Below, one piece after another: positions 34,721-48,099 of a stretch of DNA of 64,000 bases. Position 1 is the first letter of the stretch; every line of letters starts with the position of its first letter. Both the position numbers and the translations under genes were made by a program. This DNA is from Vicugna vicugna (lineage: Eukaryota): assembly GCA_013265495.1 (NCBI GenBank), contig MU058009.1, positions 4,158,739 through 4,222,738 of the forward strand, written 5' to 3'. Under the pieces are notes generated by a model, which had not been told where the DNA came from, did no database searches, and saw nothing but the letters and a program-made list of their open reading frames with translations.

Positions 34721-37700
34721 GTGAGTGAAGAGAAGCCACACACATACCGTCATGGGAGAGCTGTCACGACCTCCCGCCGCCGGAGCTGGGCGTCCTCCTT
34801 CCTGTCCGTATCCTGTCTTCTCGCGAAGGAAAGCTGTCCCCCCCGCAGGCTCTGCCTTCCCAGGAGGAAGGGCCTTGCTCACTTCCGGCTTCCCGGTCAC
34901 CGTGCTTAATAATCCTTCTTCTCCTCAGGCCTTCGATCTCTTCCTGTGGTTACTCTTCAACCGTGAAGCACGATCATATCTATTTCATGTTTAAGATGAA
35001 ACCCTCCTCTGGGTTCTGTGTCCAGCTTCTGTCTCGTCTCTTCCTAGGCATTGTATGTTCTGGCCGTTCCTTCTCCAGCTCACATTTGGTCCTCACTGTG
35101 TGTGACCTCTGGCCCCATCGTGTCAGAGAAGCCGTGACCTCTGTGGCTCTGCTTCTTGCGACAGTCACGGAAACGCGGGTGCCTCCCTGGGCTCCGTGGG
35201 CGAGCCTGTTCCTCCTCCCGGGGTCCAGTGCCGTCTGTGTGCTGCTGACGCCCCAGTCAGTAGCTCCAGCCTGGTCTCCTCCCTGCCCCTCAGGCACTGT
35301 CCTTGTCCCCGCGGAGACCCACAGACAGCTCGGGCTCAGTGGCTCTCAGCTGGTTTCACCGTCTTTCTCGCAGACTTGCTGCTCATGCAGAGATCGCTCA
35401 CCCGGAGGACAAAGTCAGACAGCTGGGTGTCACCCCAGCCCCTCTGTCTCCTTTCCCACATGTCCTCCAACCCTGGGCCTCTCCCCGCTCCCGCCTGCAC
35501 CTGGCTAATTCAGGCAGCCTTGCTCTCTCTTTGGGATTGACTGTCGTGGCCCCTGACTCGCCTTCCCGCCCGAGGCTGGGCCTGGTCCAGTCGCTCTCCA
35601 TGCTTCAGCCAGAGAGGGCCTTTGGGCTGAAATTTTGATTCTGCCTTCCATTGTTTAGAACTTCTCGTTGGTTTTCTCCTTGTGCTCAGGACAAAGCCCC
35701 GTCTCCTTAGCCAGGCTGCAGGGGCCCCACGCCTCTCCCCGTCTGCTGTCTGAGAAGACGTGTCCCGGGAGCTGTGTCTCACCGTCGTCCTCATGTCCGT
35801 GCCCTCCCGCCCCACCAGCATGTGGCTCACAGCTCACGTTCTGTTCTGGCAGCACCGAACTGGTTCCAGCTTCCTTGCACGCCCTCTCCTGCCGGGGGGC
35901 CGTGCGTGCGGATCCTCCTGTCTGACACCGGTCAGAAGGTCTGTCCTAGTCACACGCGCTCGCTGCGTCCACGTGTTACGGTGACAGAGCACATGGTGCA
36001 CTAGAAAGAGCACACGACCTGGAGGCAGAGACCTGGGGCACCCCTCCATCCGCCATCTGTCCGCCCAGCGGTCCAGCAGACGCCGGATCAGGCGTTCGCC
36101 CACTTCCTTCCTCCAAACACTTCACCTGGTTGCTACCTACCTGTCTTCACGGTGCACGTCAGTCCTCAGCTACTCCAGAGTACCTTTCTCACACACACAC
36201 ACACTCCCCTCTTTTTAGAAGTCGCATTGTACCCTGAACTTACTCATCAGAGCAGCTTCCGTCAGTCAACAGGTACGTGTGGAGTGTCTGTCTTGCACAA
36301 GGCACTGTGCTGGCACTGGCCACCCTCCGCACGGCGTGGCTACTGCTGTCCGCTGGCGTGTTCTGTGGCGGCTGGGACAGCCGCTCTCTGCTCATGGACC
36401 ACGGCACATCCCCGAGTAACGTTTGTCGCCTGGCTGGCTGGGTGGAAAGACCAGAGAGCGGGTTGGCAGGTCCCACCTCTGGTGCCACATCCTGTGCTGC
36501 TGTGCCCAAGGCTCCCTGCATTTCCATGACAGGCCTTCTCATCCCCTCTGGGAGGCACCGGCCAGTCTCAGGGGGGCCCGGCCGTCCCGGCTCTGCTGCT
36601 CTGGTGTCCCGATCATGTTTCTCCCAGTGAGCGTCTCAGCCCTTCCTGATCCTCGCTGTTCCCTGTAGGAAGGCCCAGAAAGCGCCCGACAGGCCCTGCA
36701 GCTGCGGGATGAGGCAGGGCTGGGTCCTTTGGCTGCAGTTCAGCAGTCCGTGGAGGACACTGGACTCCGGGTGTTGGTAAATAGAGGCCCCTTTCAGCAG
36801 AAGCACAGCAGGCTTTTCCTCCTCGTTTATTGTGATGATGATTATTATTTTTGTGGTTCCCATGGAAACAGCTGGAGTGAGAGAACAAGAAAGTCAGGGA
36901 GGTTAGAGTGATGAGCAGCCCCTGTGCTTAGGAAGACGGAGCACCTGCGCTTGCGCGTGTGCGTGTGCACGGCACTCACTTTGTTCCCAGCACACCGCTG
37001 GGTCGGGGGAAATTGCGATGTTTATTCACAGCGTTTGTTACAATCGGGCTCAACCAGGAGACAACTATGAGCTTTCAGCAGTTAGGGAGCCTTTGTAATG
37101 ACGGCTCCGCCTGATTAACGGCGGGGGAGGGAGGCCGGGACGGAGACGTTCGGCAGAGATGGAGGAGGGCCCTAGAGGGAGACATAACGGGGAGACAGGA
37201 CCACGGCTCAGCACCGGGCCCTTGCCCTCAGTTTCCATCGGGATCTCTCTCAATGCCTCCTGTTTGGCCGGGACTCGGAGTGGCAGCTGCCCGGAGCCCT
37301 TCACCCCTAGGCTGCTCTTGTTCCTGCTTCTCCAGCCTTTTGGATTCTTTCCCAAGTTTGGGGGTCGGGAGGGAAGCCAGCCCATGCAGGACCCCTTCGG
37401 GGAATGGCCGAGCAGATCACCGACATCTCAAGCCGGCAGGAGCAGGTCGCGGGGACCCACCCCAAGCAGCACTCCTGCCACTGTCTTCCCTGCGGTCCTG
37501 GGGGGTGATCCAGCGACACCCTCAGTACCCTTTGTGGCCTTAATGATCAGGAAGCCCTAGGATCTAGGTGGTCACTCCACCACGAAGGCCTAGAAAGGAG
37601 AGGACTTGAAGTCCCTGAGCTAAGCATGACCGGCATTTGCGAGGAGGGGACAAGGAAAGGAGCCGAGAGGGCCCACCCGCGCCCTGTTGAAGAGCCGGGG

Positions 37701-38290
37701 CTTCTGTCCAACCGTCCTTGCACCTGGCTGTGGTCCAGCATCCCCCCTCACTCGCACGGTCACCTGTGCCGCTTCCAGACTCTCCACCGGCTGTTTATCA
37801 ACTGGCAGGGCAATCTTAGAAGACGCATGTTCCAAACACACGGAACCCCAGCACCCTGGGGCACTGAAGACTGCTCAGAGCAGTCACACCGCCCTGGCCC
37901 CAGACACCAGGAACGCCCACCTTGGACCGCACCTGACCCCAGAGATTTCCGTCCTGTTAGCCACTGGCGTTTTTCAAGTTTACTAATATCAGCTCTTACT
38001 CCTCCCTAACCAACAGAGCTCTACAGCAGGGACATGGGGCCATTTCTAAGTCACCCCCACCACCTCGTCAGCCCCTAGCTGCCCTTGCGCCTCTCGGACT
38101 GAGTGCAGCCGAGCCTGAGTGACAGGTCCCGTCTCACCGCCCCACCCCCTCCTCCTCCAGCCAGTTATTCGCCCCCATACCTTTCAGGCTATTTTTTCCC
38201 CTCTGAATGATTTTTTTCCCTTTCTGACCAGTGGCCTTTGATTGCAAGGAGCAGCTCAGTTACACAATCCCAGAGTAGCAGAGTGTGTTG

Positions 38291-38388
38291 TAATTGGCCG
38301 GGAATCGGTCTTGAAATGTCAAGGAAAGATTTATTTCCTCGCACAGCCTCCCTAGGTGCTAATTTTGCTATAGGCTGCTGCATAATGG
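38291..38388 (+). repeat. Dispersed 98-bp paralogous non-coding element, copy 2
   Basis: Ungapped 73/98 identity to 26684-26781. Confidence 0.9.
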
Positions 38389-40884
38389 TTCCCGCTCACA
38401 AGGGGCCAGAGTTCCTAATCAGAATACAGGGCTGTAATTGGGTTGAAGGGATTTTAAATCATTAAAGCTGCATTTAGAAAGGGGACGAGAAATAGAACCC
38501 CAAGATTGAATGACTCACTTAGTATCTAATGAGGGAGTCATGGAGTATTACTTATAATATTCCCTTAATGACCTTACAAGCCACGGAACTCCCCCCGCCC
38601 TCCAGGGTCCATTCAACGAGGCACAGTTCTGCAGCCTGCGATCCAACACTCTGGAGCGATTAATTACTGACCCATCAAAGGACCGTCAGGCTCTGCTCCG
38701 CCAGCAGAAGCACGGACTTCTTTCCCCACCATCTCCTCACTCTGCATCTCCCTGCCTGCCTCCTTCTGGGGGTGGCGGCGGTGGTCCACGTCTCCCCCGC
38801 CATAAACCTCACGTGGTTTTGGGAAAGCCCAGCTTACCATGGAAACGAGAGGCTGCAGAGAGTTCCCCGTGGTGGGTCTGCGTAGAGGGGGCGTCAGGAG
38901 GGGGGTCGGGGGCTCTGGGGCGCGCAGACTTCAGGCTTCCAACGACGTTCCTCCTGGGCTGGACTGTGCTTATCTCCAGGCCCAGTCGCTGGCCTAGTTC
39001 TTTTCTAGCTGGGCCTCCGGATGGCTGGGAACCCACTCCACTAACCGTCCGAATCAGGGAGCAAATAGGGTAACGGAAGGGGGGCAGACTTCTGAGTCCT
39101 GTAGACCCGGCCCCGCCTCTTTCAAGACCTGAGCCTGCGGCCGGGCACCCAGCGCCTGGTGCACGGCAGGTGCTAGGCCAGCAGTAGCAGCCCTGTTATG
39201 ATGGTGACCGAGGGCCACCGCCCGCCCCGGCTGCTCCCCCGGTACGAGTGTCTCAGGTTGCGTGAGCTTCCAGCACGTGTTCTGGGTTCCATCTCCAGGT
39301 TGATCTGCGAGGCCCCCAGATCTAGAAGTGGAATCCCTCAGGGGGGCTGCTTCGGGCACGGCCCCTCTTCCTTCTGCAGATTCGGAAAGTCCCGGCCCTC
39401 GGGGAGAGCGCAGGAGGGCTGCCTGTGTCCTGGCTGCGTCACTGCCAGTGGCCCCCGCCTGCTAGGGACATGCGGTTTGGAAACATGATCTCTTGTAGAG
39501 TGACCTGAACGGCCTCCCGTGACTGGGTCCCCATCAGCCGGGCCGCTGTGACGGTGCCTGTCCTGTGCACTCGGGGCCACGTGTTCTGGCAGGGACGTCC
39601 GTGATGCCGCGAGCTCCGTCGTACCAAAAAGGGCATCTGGGTTTCCTTCTGGCTCCAGCTGTGACTCCTGTTGTCTGGACAGAGGAGTGGGACACTGTGG
39701 TGAGTGGGTCACACCTAGAAGGCCGCCCAGATGAGGCCAGTCTGGAAGGAGTTCCTGTTTGGGAAGGGAGTCGGGCTCCATTAACACCAGTGAGGAGGAG
39801 GAGGTCGTGGGTCAGGCAGGTCTTTCTCTTCAGAATTACAGAGTCATGGGTCACGTGGGCGATTGTGCACAGGCCGGGAGGGATCGGGGGCCGACGTCTG
39901 CCGAGTCCCTCCTCCTGGGCAGGTGGGAGACTGGTCATTGCAAGGACAGGGGCTGGTTTCTTGTGCCCACTGCGCGGTTGAGTCAGTCTTACGCAGCCGT
40001 ACAGACTTGGTGGTAACCTAAAAGTTTCCCTCAACCAGCTCTGCCTTTGTCCAGCTCACGCAGAGATGGCGGCAAACATTTCGCTGTAAGATGTGTTATC
40101 ATTATCCTCCACTGAGCCGTTTAGAAAGAGAGATGCCACGGTTCACAAAGTGGGGACAACGAGGATGCGCCTTAGTCGGGACGTGTTGGCTGATTTAAAT
40201 GCAGTAACTGTGAACACATCAGGGGTTGGAGCTGGAGTTTCCCCAAAGTGAAAGGGATAATGGCCGCTTCACATGAGCCAAAGCCAAAGCGGTGTGACCT
40301 CGTATGCCAGAGAACGTGCAGCCCTTCACCCTTCTTAGCCTGTCCCCCCCAGAGCTGTGACATTCATACGAGGCCCAGTAAGGTCTGAAATGCAAAAACG
40401 TGCAAAGGCTCCTGCAGAGGCCCTTCCGTGCAAGGTCCTGTGGCCTCGCAGCCCGCTCTGTCGTCACCTGTTCCTTTCGGAAACTTCCAGTGTCCGCGCA
40501 TTTCTTGACAGGGGGCCACTACAGTGCCTTATGAACTGGACGGTTAGAACATTTCCCCGTGGACTGCAGTTGTCACCCAGAAGCTGGGATGATGGAGACC
40601 GAGGCCCCAGACCACACGCTGGCGCTGCTCCGGGCAGGCGGCCCCTTCTGACTCTAATGCCATCACTTTGGCTTTGGCTCTTTGATCTTCAGTGTCAGGT
40701 CCAGCCAAGTCCGGCTGCTGGCCCACGGGGGCCCCTCTCAAGAAGTAGAAAATGTGCTCTTATGGGTCAAAGTAGCCTTGCAAGTGCCTGGCAAACCGAC
40801 AGCATCTTTGTGGGAATTAGATCAGGAGCCCCGACCCGGGCCTCGTAGCTGAGCTGGGTCCCCACGGGCCCTCAGTGAAGCTCC

Positions 40885-40927
40885 TCTGTGCAGTGGACAA
40901 CCCTGCAGCTCATCCAGGGCAGCCCTG
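40885..40927. mobile_element. MER91-like hAT-Tip100 terminal fragment
   Basis: CTGTGCAGTGGACAACCCTGCAGCTCATCCAGGGCAGCCCTG resembles the recalled MER91 terminus. Confidence 0.45.
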
Positions 40928-43900
40928 CTTCTGCAGCCTGGACCATCTTGATCTCAGCCAGCAGTGTCCGCGGGATCTACTAAACATCCGTGTGAACTCT
41001 GGGATGGAGTTTGTTCAGGAACGATAGTTTTGTCTTCTTTATAAAAGCAGCGAATCCCCTGGAGGGGGCCGGGAACCCTCGCCGTCTACCGCCTGCAGAA
41101 GCCACTGCTTATCTCTGGGTGACAGCCTGCCTTTTAGAGACCGTGTCTTCATTAGCCCAGTGCTATCGAAACTGAGATTGCAGCAGTCACGAAAAATCCA
41201 ATTGCAAACGAAAGTTAAGGGGAGAGAGGGCTGCTGACCGGGCCCCGGGCGTAGGGTCTCTCCTGAGCTGGTCGCTGGCTGCAGGCTGCTTGGTGGCGGC
41301 TGGCTGAGATCAGGACAATCAAATCCTGTTTTGTTCCCCTTGGAAGGACTCTTAGAGCTCTTTTAATCTGGCAGCTTTCAAATATTTTTGTTAATTTTAT
41401 GACATGTAACTGATTCTTATGCTAGTCAGGGTGCTCTGAGGGTTTCTGTTCCATCCTATTTAATTTATTAAAATCGTCGCAGGTTAAAAATCATCCAGTT
41501 GATCGGTGCCCCAGGACTCACTCACAACGTGAAGACTGGGTAATGGTGATCTAGCTTGATTCTTGAGTTTTAAAAAGTTGAGGGCGGAGGGCAACGAGGT
41601 GCAGAGACTTGGTTGTCAGTGTCAGACTTGTCATTAAACTCTTCCCGGAGCCCCGTGCCGTGCCGTCAGCTGAACCCCGTCCCTGCAGGACAGCTCGAGG
41701 AGCAGGAGGGCGCCCCCTTCAGTGGGCGCGGCTAGCACATCTGTGCTGTGCCCTCTGAGCAGTTAGGCGCTTTCTCTTACACAAAGTTCTAGGGACAGCC
41801 CAGGACCAGCCAGCACCCTGCATTCCCGGACCCGAGCAGTGGGGGCCACGGTCCCAGCCCCCGGGGCTTGTCCTGCCCCATCACCACCCCGTCCTCTCTC
41901 TTTGACAAACTGCTTTGCCCACATGGCACCTGAGCTGGGTTTGGACTCACCTCTCTGGACCCACCGAGGTGACACAGTGTCTGAAACAGGAGGTCTCATG
42001 GAGACTATCATTCCAAGGTTTTTTAAAAAAAGACAGCACGTGGGACACCATGACAAGCATTTCTGGCTTTTTGTGCCTGTGTTTGCATATTTTTAATGTC
42101 CTGGAAGGGGTTTTCCAAATGAGCGCCCCCTTGTAGGTAACTGCCCCCATCTGTCTCCTCTCTCTGGCTCTTTGAAGCAATCTGTGGACCAGAACAGCGC
42201 AGTCCCTCCCCCCGGCACTGCCGGCCACTTTGGAGATGTGCCCTCAGTCCTGTTTTCCCGGAGTTGACTCCTCCTCACCCCGACGCCTCATTTCCTTTGC
42301 CCCCGACACGTGGGCGCACGTCCCTGAGCGGCCACAGCCGCAGAAGCCAGCTTTGCACAGTGAGCCGTCGCCCACCTGGCCGCCTTGGGACAGGTCTCCT
42401 CTGCTTGCTGGGGGAGCCCCCACCCCGCTTTCTCTTCTCCGAATGCCCCCTACCAACCCTCACCCCCCTCTTACACACCCGGACGCTGAGCTGTGTTTAG
42501 GCAGGGGGGTGGCCATCAGCTGTCGTTTAATGAACAGTATCGCTGTCAGATTTTTCCAAGATGAAATTTCATCAGAGGCTGAAGGAAGATGCTGTGTGGA
42601 AACTACAGAGGGAGACTTGACAGCCTTTTCAATCCAGTTATCAAAGCATGTGTGGTTCTGAGCAGGTGAAACACTAATGCCATCGTAGTCTTAGCACCGA
42701 ATGCTCTTTTGCATCTGATGTCTCAGTAAATAAAATGGGGTGGGGAGCATAAAGCAGACCTGTTGTCTCCAACCCGCTAAATTTAATATCCAGAGTATTG
42801 ACTGACAGCTTTTTATCACCGTAATTAGTATGGATCGTTCCTCGGGCCGCTGATCAATCTTCCCTGCCTCTGCGGACTGGGGTTCCCGCTTTCCTCCTCT
42901 CGTGCCCTCCCCACTTTTTATTTTAAGATTGATCCTGCCAGTTGCGACCCACCGCGGGGAGGCTGCTCACTTAGACAAAGGAACCCCGAGGGAGGGGAGA
43001 GGCGGGGCGCCCACGGCAGCCCCTCCCGCCTGGCACCCCACCTTGGCCGTCGCAGCCTCGCTCTCCGTGGTCTCCTGGCCTGATCCCGGCTCCCAGGGAC
43101 CTTGGCTTCTCTGATGTGACCGTGCACGCGTCTCTGCCTCTGGGTGGGAGCCGTGTGAAGACAAGCCACAGAGCCAGTGGTCAGTAGGTACCCGGCGATG
43201 GACACTCCTTCTTTAAGGTCACCAAGCCAAGCAAAGGATGGAGACTGGACAGGCGGATGAACTCAGCTCTGTGTGTGTGTCTGTCTAAGAATGAATGCCA
43301 TCTGTGCCCCATAACACAGACCAGAGACCCAGGGCCACCTTCTCTCTCGTCAAGGCTTTCCAATCTGATGTCCTAACTCTTTCATTTCCTGCCCGCCCAT
43401 CCCTCTGTCACCAGCGATAGCACTGGGTTCCTCACCAGCCCTTCCTTTAACTGTCGGGGTCACTTACGTCTCACCGCCTGCCTCCTGTCCTGCCTGGGCC
43501 GACCTCAGCCTCCCACCCTTAGGTCCTCTGTGTAGGTGGCGAGCAGATGTATGGAAAACGCACATTCTTGGGCCACCCCTGTGTATTTCCTGTCCAAGCT
43601 GCTGGTCACAGCGCGGAAGCTCTCTGGAGCTGGACCCTCCCCGCCCAGAGTCCCTCTGCCCACCGCTCCGCCCTCTGTAGCCCCTCCCCCTCCCCACCTG
43701 CCTCACACCCCGCCTTTGCTCAGCTTGTTCATGGCACCTGTGATGGCCTTCCTGCCTCTTCCCCCTCGGCCGCTCTTTCTCCTCCCTCAGGAATTAGCTT
43801 AGATGGCAGGTCTTTCCAGAATCATTCTTTCAGCCCCGAGAGTCCCCTGTGAACGCCTGCTGTCTGTCCTCTGAGATTTTTGAGGAATACGCACGTTTTC

Positions 43901-45329
43901 TTTCCATGTGTCTTTATACCACAGGAGACGGCAAACCCCCTGGGGACAGGGCTGTGTGTTTTTCTTCGTTCTGTCCCCAGTGTGAGAAGAGACACCTGGC
44001 ACCTTGAGTAAGTTTTCATCTTGGAAAAAAAGCATCCCCAAGTAGAGACTTGGTGGACGCCAAGCACGGGGGCACCCGTGTCAAAGCGGGTCTGCTGAGC
44101 GCCCGCGACGCGCGGGCTGCAGGGCTGTGCCGTGAACGAGAGCTCGGCGGGGCCTCACTTGCCCTCGGAGCGGGGACGGGGGCGGGCACCCCTTGCGCAG
44201 GTAAGGAGGTAGCAGGTGTCAGCCCCTGGCCTCAGAGGCACCAGGGACCACAGACCAGCGGCTGCACGGCAGGGAGGGGCTCAGCCACCTGCACACTGGA
44301 AGGGCGCTTCCTCACCGGTCTTCCCGCTGGCGTTTCCCCCTGCTCCGCCCCGTGGGGAGGAGCCCACCATTAGCACCAGTTTTCTGAAGGGCCTCTCCTA
44401 AGGGAGCAAGAGTTAGGTATCTCTGAAGGTGCCCAGAGGAGCCCTCTCGGGCCGGCGGGGTGCCCACGCTGCCTGGGAGGCACCCCCACTGTGTCCCTAG
44501 TCTGCCTGGCCGTGCGGAGCCTGCCCCCCGCATCCCTGGCACAGCAGCTCCCCGCCAGTTACTAGTGCTCACGCACGTCACCGGCCTGGGGTGGAGGCAT
44601 CACACTGGGTGCAGCCCTCGTTGCTGACTCAGCACATTAGAGCCACATGGGACCACAAAGGCCACTGTGTCCGAGGGCCGCACAGAGCCCGGGCATCTCC
44701 AGTGCAAATCGGCCCAGCAGAAAAGCAGAGCGGAGCCGGCCGGCCCCGTCGTGCCTGCTGGGGGAGCCCGGCGGCAGGTGTTTCTGGAGGTGACCCCCAG
44801 ATGCACATGGGCACACGCGGCGCCCCCTGCTCAGTGCCCCGGCCAGCTCCTCTGAGACAGATCTGGCAGCCTGACGCCGACTGGCACGTCCTCCCTCCTA
44901 GCCAGATTGGACTCCGGCCCTTCTTCTGTCTTCGGGGGCCGCTGTGGCTTCAGGGGAGACGGAATGTGACCCCACAGCCAGGCCGCCCCTTGCCGCCGCG
45001 CTGGGGCCTTGGGGTGCAGAGCCGGAACGACCAGCCGACGCAGCCGCCAGCTCCGGCCGTGGCCGCTTGTAAGCACGTGAAGGTGACTTTCTGGGCTCCG
45101 GCAGTGGTCGGCTTCATTTATTTTAAAGCAAAACTATGAAATCAGGTCCAGGTGATGCTGTTCCATGCTTCCTAATTCGCGTGTACGTGGTCGAGGAGGG
45201 GTGGCGAGGATTAAGGGAGGCGCCTGCTCTCTCCCTAGGGTTTCTGCCGCTTCTGCCCGTATTTCCTTTCGCCCAGAAGGAAAGTCAGGGCTCCCGGTTT
45301 GCTGCCCACACCCATGACTTGACTGTACC

Positions 45330-45480
45330 ACTGACTGGCTGTGCGTTTAGACAAGACACTTGACTTCCCTGAGGTTTTGTTTCCTCACCTCCGAAGTGCC
45401 TTCTGGGTTTGTGTGAGGGTTAAACCAGGTAATGCGTGCGAAGCAGCCCAGCCCCGAGCCCGGTACGCAGCAGGTCAGCA
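45330..45480 (+). mobile_element. MIR SINE
   Basis: ACTGGCTGTGCGTTTAGACAAGACACTTGACTTCCCTGAGGTTTTGTTTCCTCACC...TGTGAGGGTTAAA. Confidence 0.7.
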
Positions 45481-45742
45481 GGTGCCATGTCCCTCCTCCC
45501 CAGGCCAGACAGCGTCCCTTCAGATGGCCTTCCCACGGGCAGATCCTCCCCCGCAGGGCCTTTGAACTTAAAATCGTTTATTAATAATATGAATAATACA
45601 TTAGTTAATTGCTTATTAATAATATACAGTAAGTCATGCATATGATGTTTGCACACATGTATGCATGTTGTTTATGAATGGATGTGAGCATGTGCACCAC
45701 ATGTTTGTAGCAGACACTTCTGAGTGAGGAGAACATGAAGAA

Positions 45743-45782
45743 CCTACCTTCCTTCCTTCCTTCCTTCCTTCCTTCCTTCCTT
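45743..45782. repeat. (CCTT)n microsatellite
   Basis: About 9 CCTT units. Confidence 0.95.
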
Positions 45783-48099
45783 GTCATCTATTCTATCCTA
45801 TAATTAAGACTTTATAAAATCATAAAAGTTTATAAAAAAATCTTGAAGGATTCACCCAGGGCTCTCACAGTGGAAGGAACACGATCTGGGACCCGACATC
45901 TAAGTGGAGCTTAAGATGTAATTCGATTTCTTAAAGCGGTACCCCGTTTAGTGGGGACGAACGGCAACTTGGCGCCTAGAAACTCCCCAGGGAACGGGAG
46001 GCTGTGAGTTCAGAATAAATAAATGTGCCTGCTCATTAATTTAATATGCACTGTGAGACCAGGAACCCATTTGTATTGGTGCAGAAGAGAGAGGTATTAG
46101 AGTTCATCTCTCAGGAGAGGGGCCTGAGAGACCCACGGAGGGGGAGCAGAGCGGAGTATGAGGCGGCGGGGTTGGGGAGGAGCAGGGACACGTGGGAGAC
46201 CCAGCTCAGAGAGAAGAGTGGGAAGCAGAAGAAAGGGAGGGAAGAAGGAAGAGAGGGAGGGAGGGAGGGAGGGAGGAAGGTAGGAAGGAAGGGAGGAAGA
46301 AGGCTCCCTAGACAGCAAGGGATCGAGCAGAGAGGCCGTCACCCACAGCTCCCAGGGTCCCTGTAAAGGACCACGTGGCTGATTGTCCGTGATTATCATG
46401 AGTTGACGCCCCCAGGCCGGGGTTACAGGTGGTTTTCTCTGGCTGGCTGGCTGGCACCACGGGTTTTGGTCATCCCAGCCTTGATGGGCTGACCACCGAG
46501 CGCTACCCCAACCACCAAGTCCTTGCGGGACAGCCAGCCCTTCCCAGCAATGGCGTGGGGAAGCGGCGGCTGCAGGGCGGTCAGGAGCGCGCGCTGGAGG
46601 CTGCCGGACCGGGCTGGTCTGTAAAGAATGAGGGAAATAATGCGTTTCCATGACGTGCTGCTCCCGAGGTTGAAACAGTCGCCATTATCCCACGTAACAC
46701 TGCTTGACCTACATTTTCACTTGAAAGCCTTCAGCTAATAATTCGTTTGAATGCTGAGTTATAAATAAACACGTTCATATTCCAGGAGTGAAAGGGGGCG
46801 GGGAGGGCTACCGGCCACCCCCCTCTTCCTGCCCCCTTTCCCTTTGCCTTTGGTTTGATATTTCGGCTTAGCTGTTCCGAGGTGAGAGGAACTGGGGAGT
46901 TCTCCTAAAGGGGACCTTTTCGAAGTAATGAGGCCACTGGGCTTTATCTGGGAAGCTGGCAGGATGCTCAGTGCCAGGGAGATTCGAGCCATCTGGATGC
47001 AAAGGGTCAAACTATCCACTGGCAGCAATTAAGCAGGTCCGTGTGGAGCAGCCGCATGACCATGGAGAGGCGCTGCCAAGAGCAGGAGATCGGTAAACAA
47101 AGGTACAGGCCAGAAGGGGCCCGGGGAGGCCGCGGCCCGGCCACTCGGCATTTGTGCAGGTGCCTGCCTCTCTGGTGTCCCATCTGTCGGGCCCGCAGCC
47201 CACCTGGGTGCCGTCGGCGGAGGTTTAAACAAACTCAAGTGTGTCTGGGTTTGTTCGAAATGCTGTAAGTCCGGAGCCAGGTGGGCCAGGACGAGAAGTC
47301 TGAGGCATCCGCAGCACCCCTTCCCGGACACATCCCTGGCGCCTCCCCCGCTTCTGCTGCTCTCCCGCTTGGCTGTGACCCAGGACGAGCCCAGCAGCCT
47401 GGTGGCGTGGCGAGTGATGCTTACCCTCCGACGGTGGTCTCGACGGCTCCGGAGATCTTTACGACGAGGTTAATTTAGTGCAGGGCTTTGTGGAGACTCG
47501 TTGATAAATGCGGGGCCGTTTGAGTGCTGGAAATCTTTTATAAAAGAAAAATCCACCACATCGGACAGAACTCCCAAATGTATGCATTTACTCATTCAGC
47601 AAATATTTATGTGCCAGGCCCTGTCAGTCCCTGTGGCCGGAGCGGAGAGCCTTCTCACACCTGCGCCCTCTTGGTACAAGGGAGGGTGGAGGGGCCTGCG
47701 AGTGTAGACCCCGCCCCCGCCCCGCCCCCCCTCTGCACAGAGTCCTTCTCCTGACGTCCAGCTGGAGTCCATCTCACATAATCCAGACTCACTTTTCCTG
47801 GAGGTTTTTAACACCCGGACCCTTGCCCGCCCTCTGCAGTGTGTGGGGTCGATTGGCAGCTGGAATGAATGATCTGTCGTTTTTCAGCACGAGTTGCAGA
47901 CAGCTCACCGTGTGGGATCTGGGATGCAGTGTCCTTGTTCCTGATTTTCTCAGTGTCCAGGACACGTCGCACGCCTGGTTGTCTTTGCCCTACTTCACTG
48001 GACTCTGCTCGGTTCCCTGCCCCACCTTGAGTGCTGGCTTGCTACAGGACCTGTCCCTGTGACTTCTGAGGCGCCCTGTCTGCACTCACACCTGCCTGG

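Noticed and set aside
45578..45625. 13-bp direct repeat TTATTAATAATAT
   Set aside because: Low-complexity AT sequence; likely slippage.
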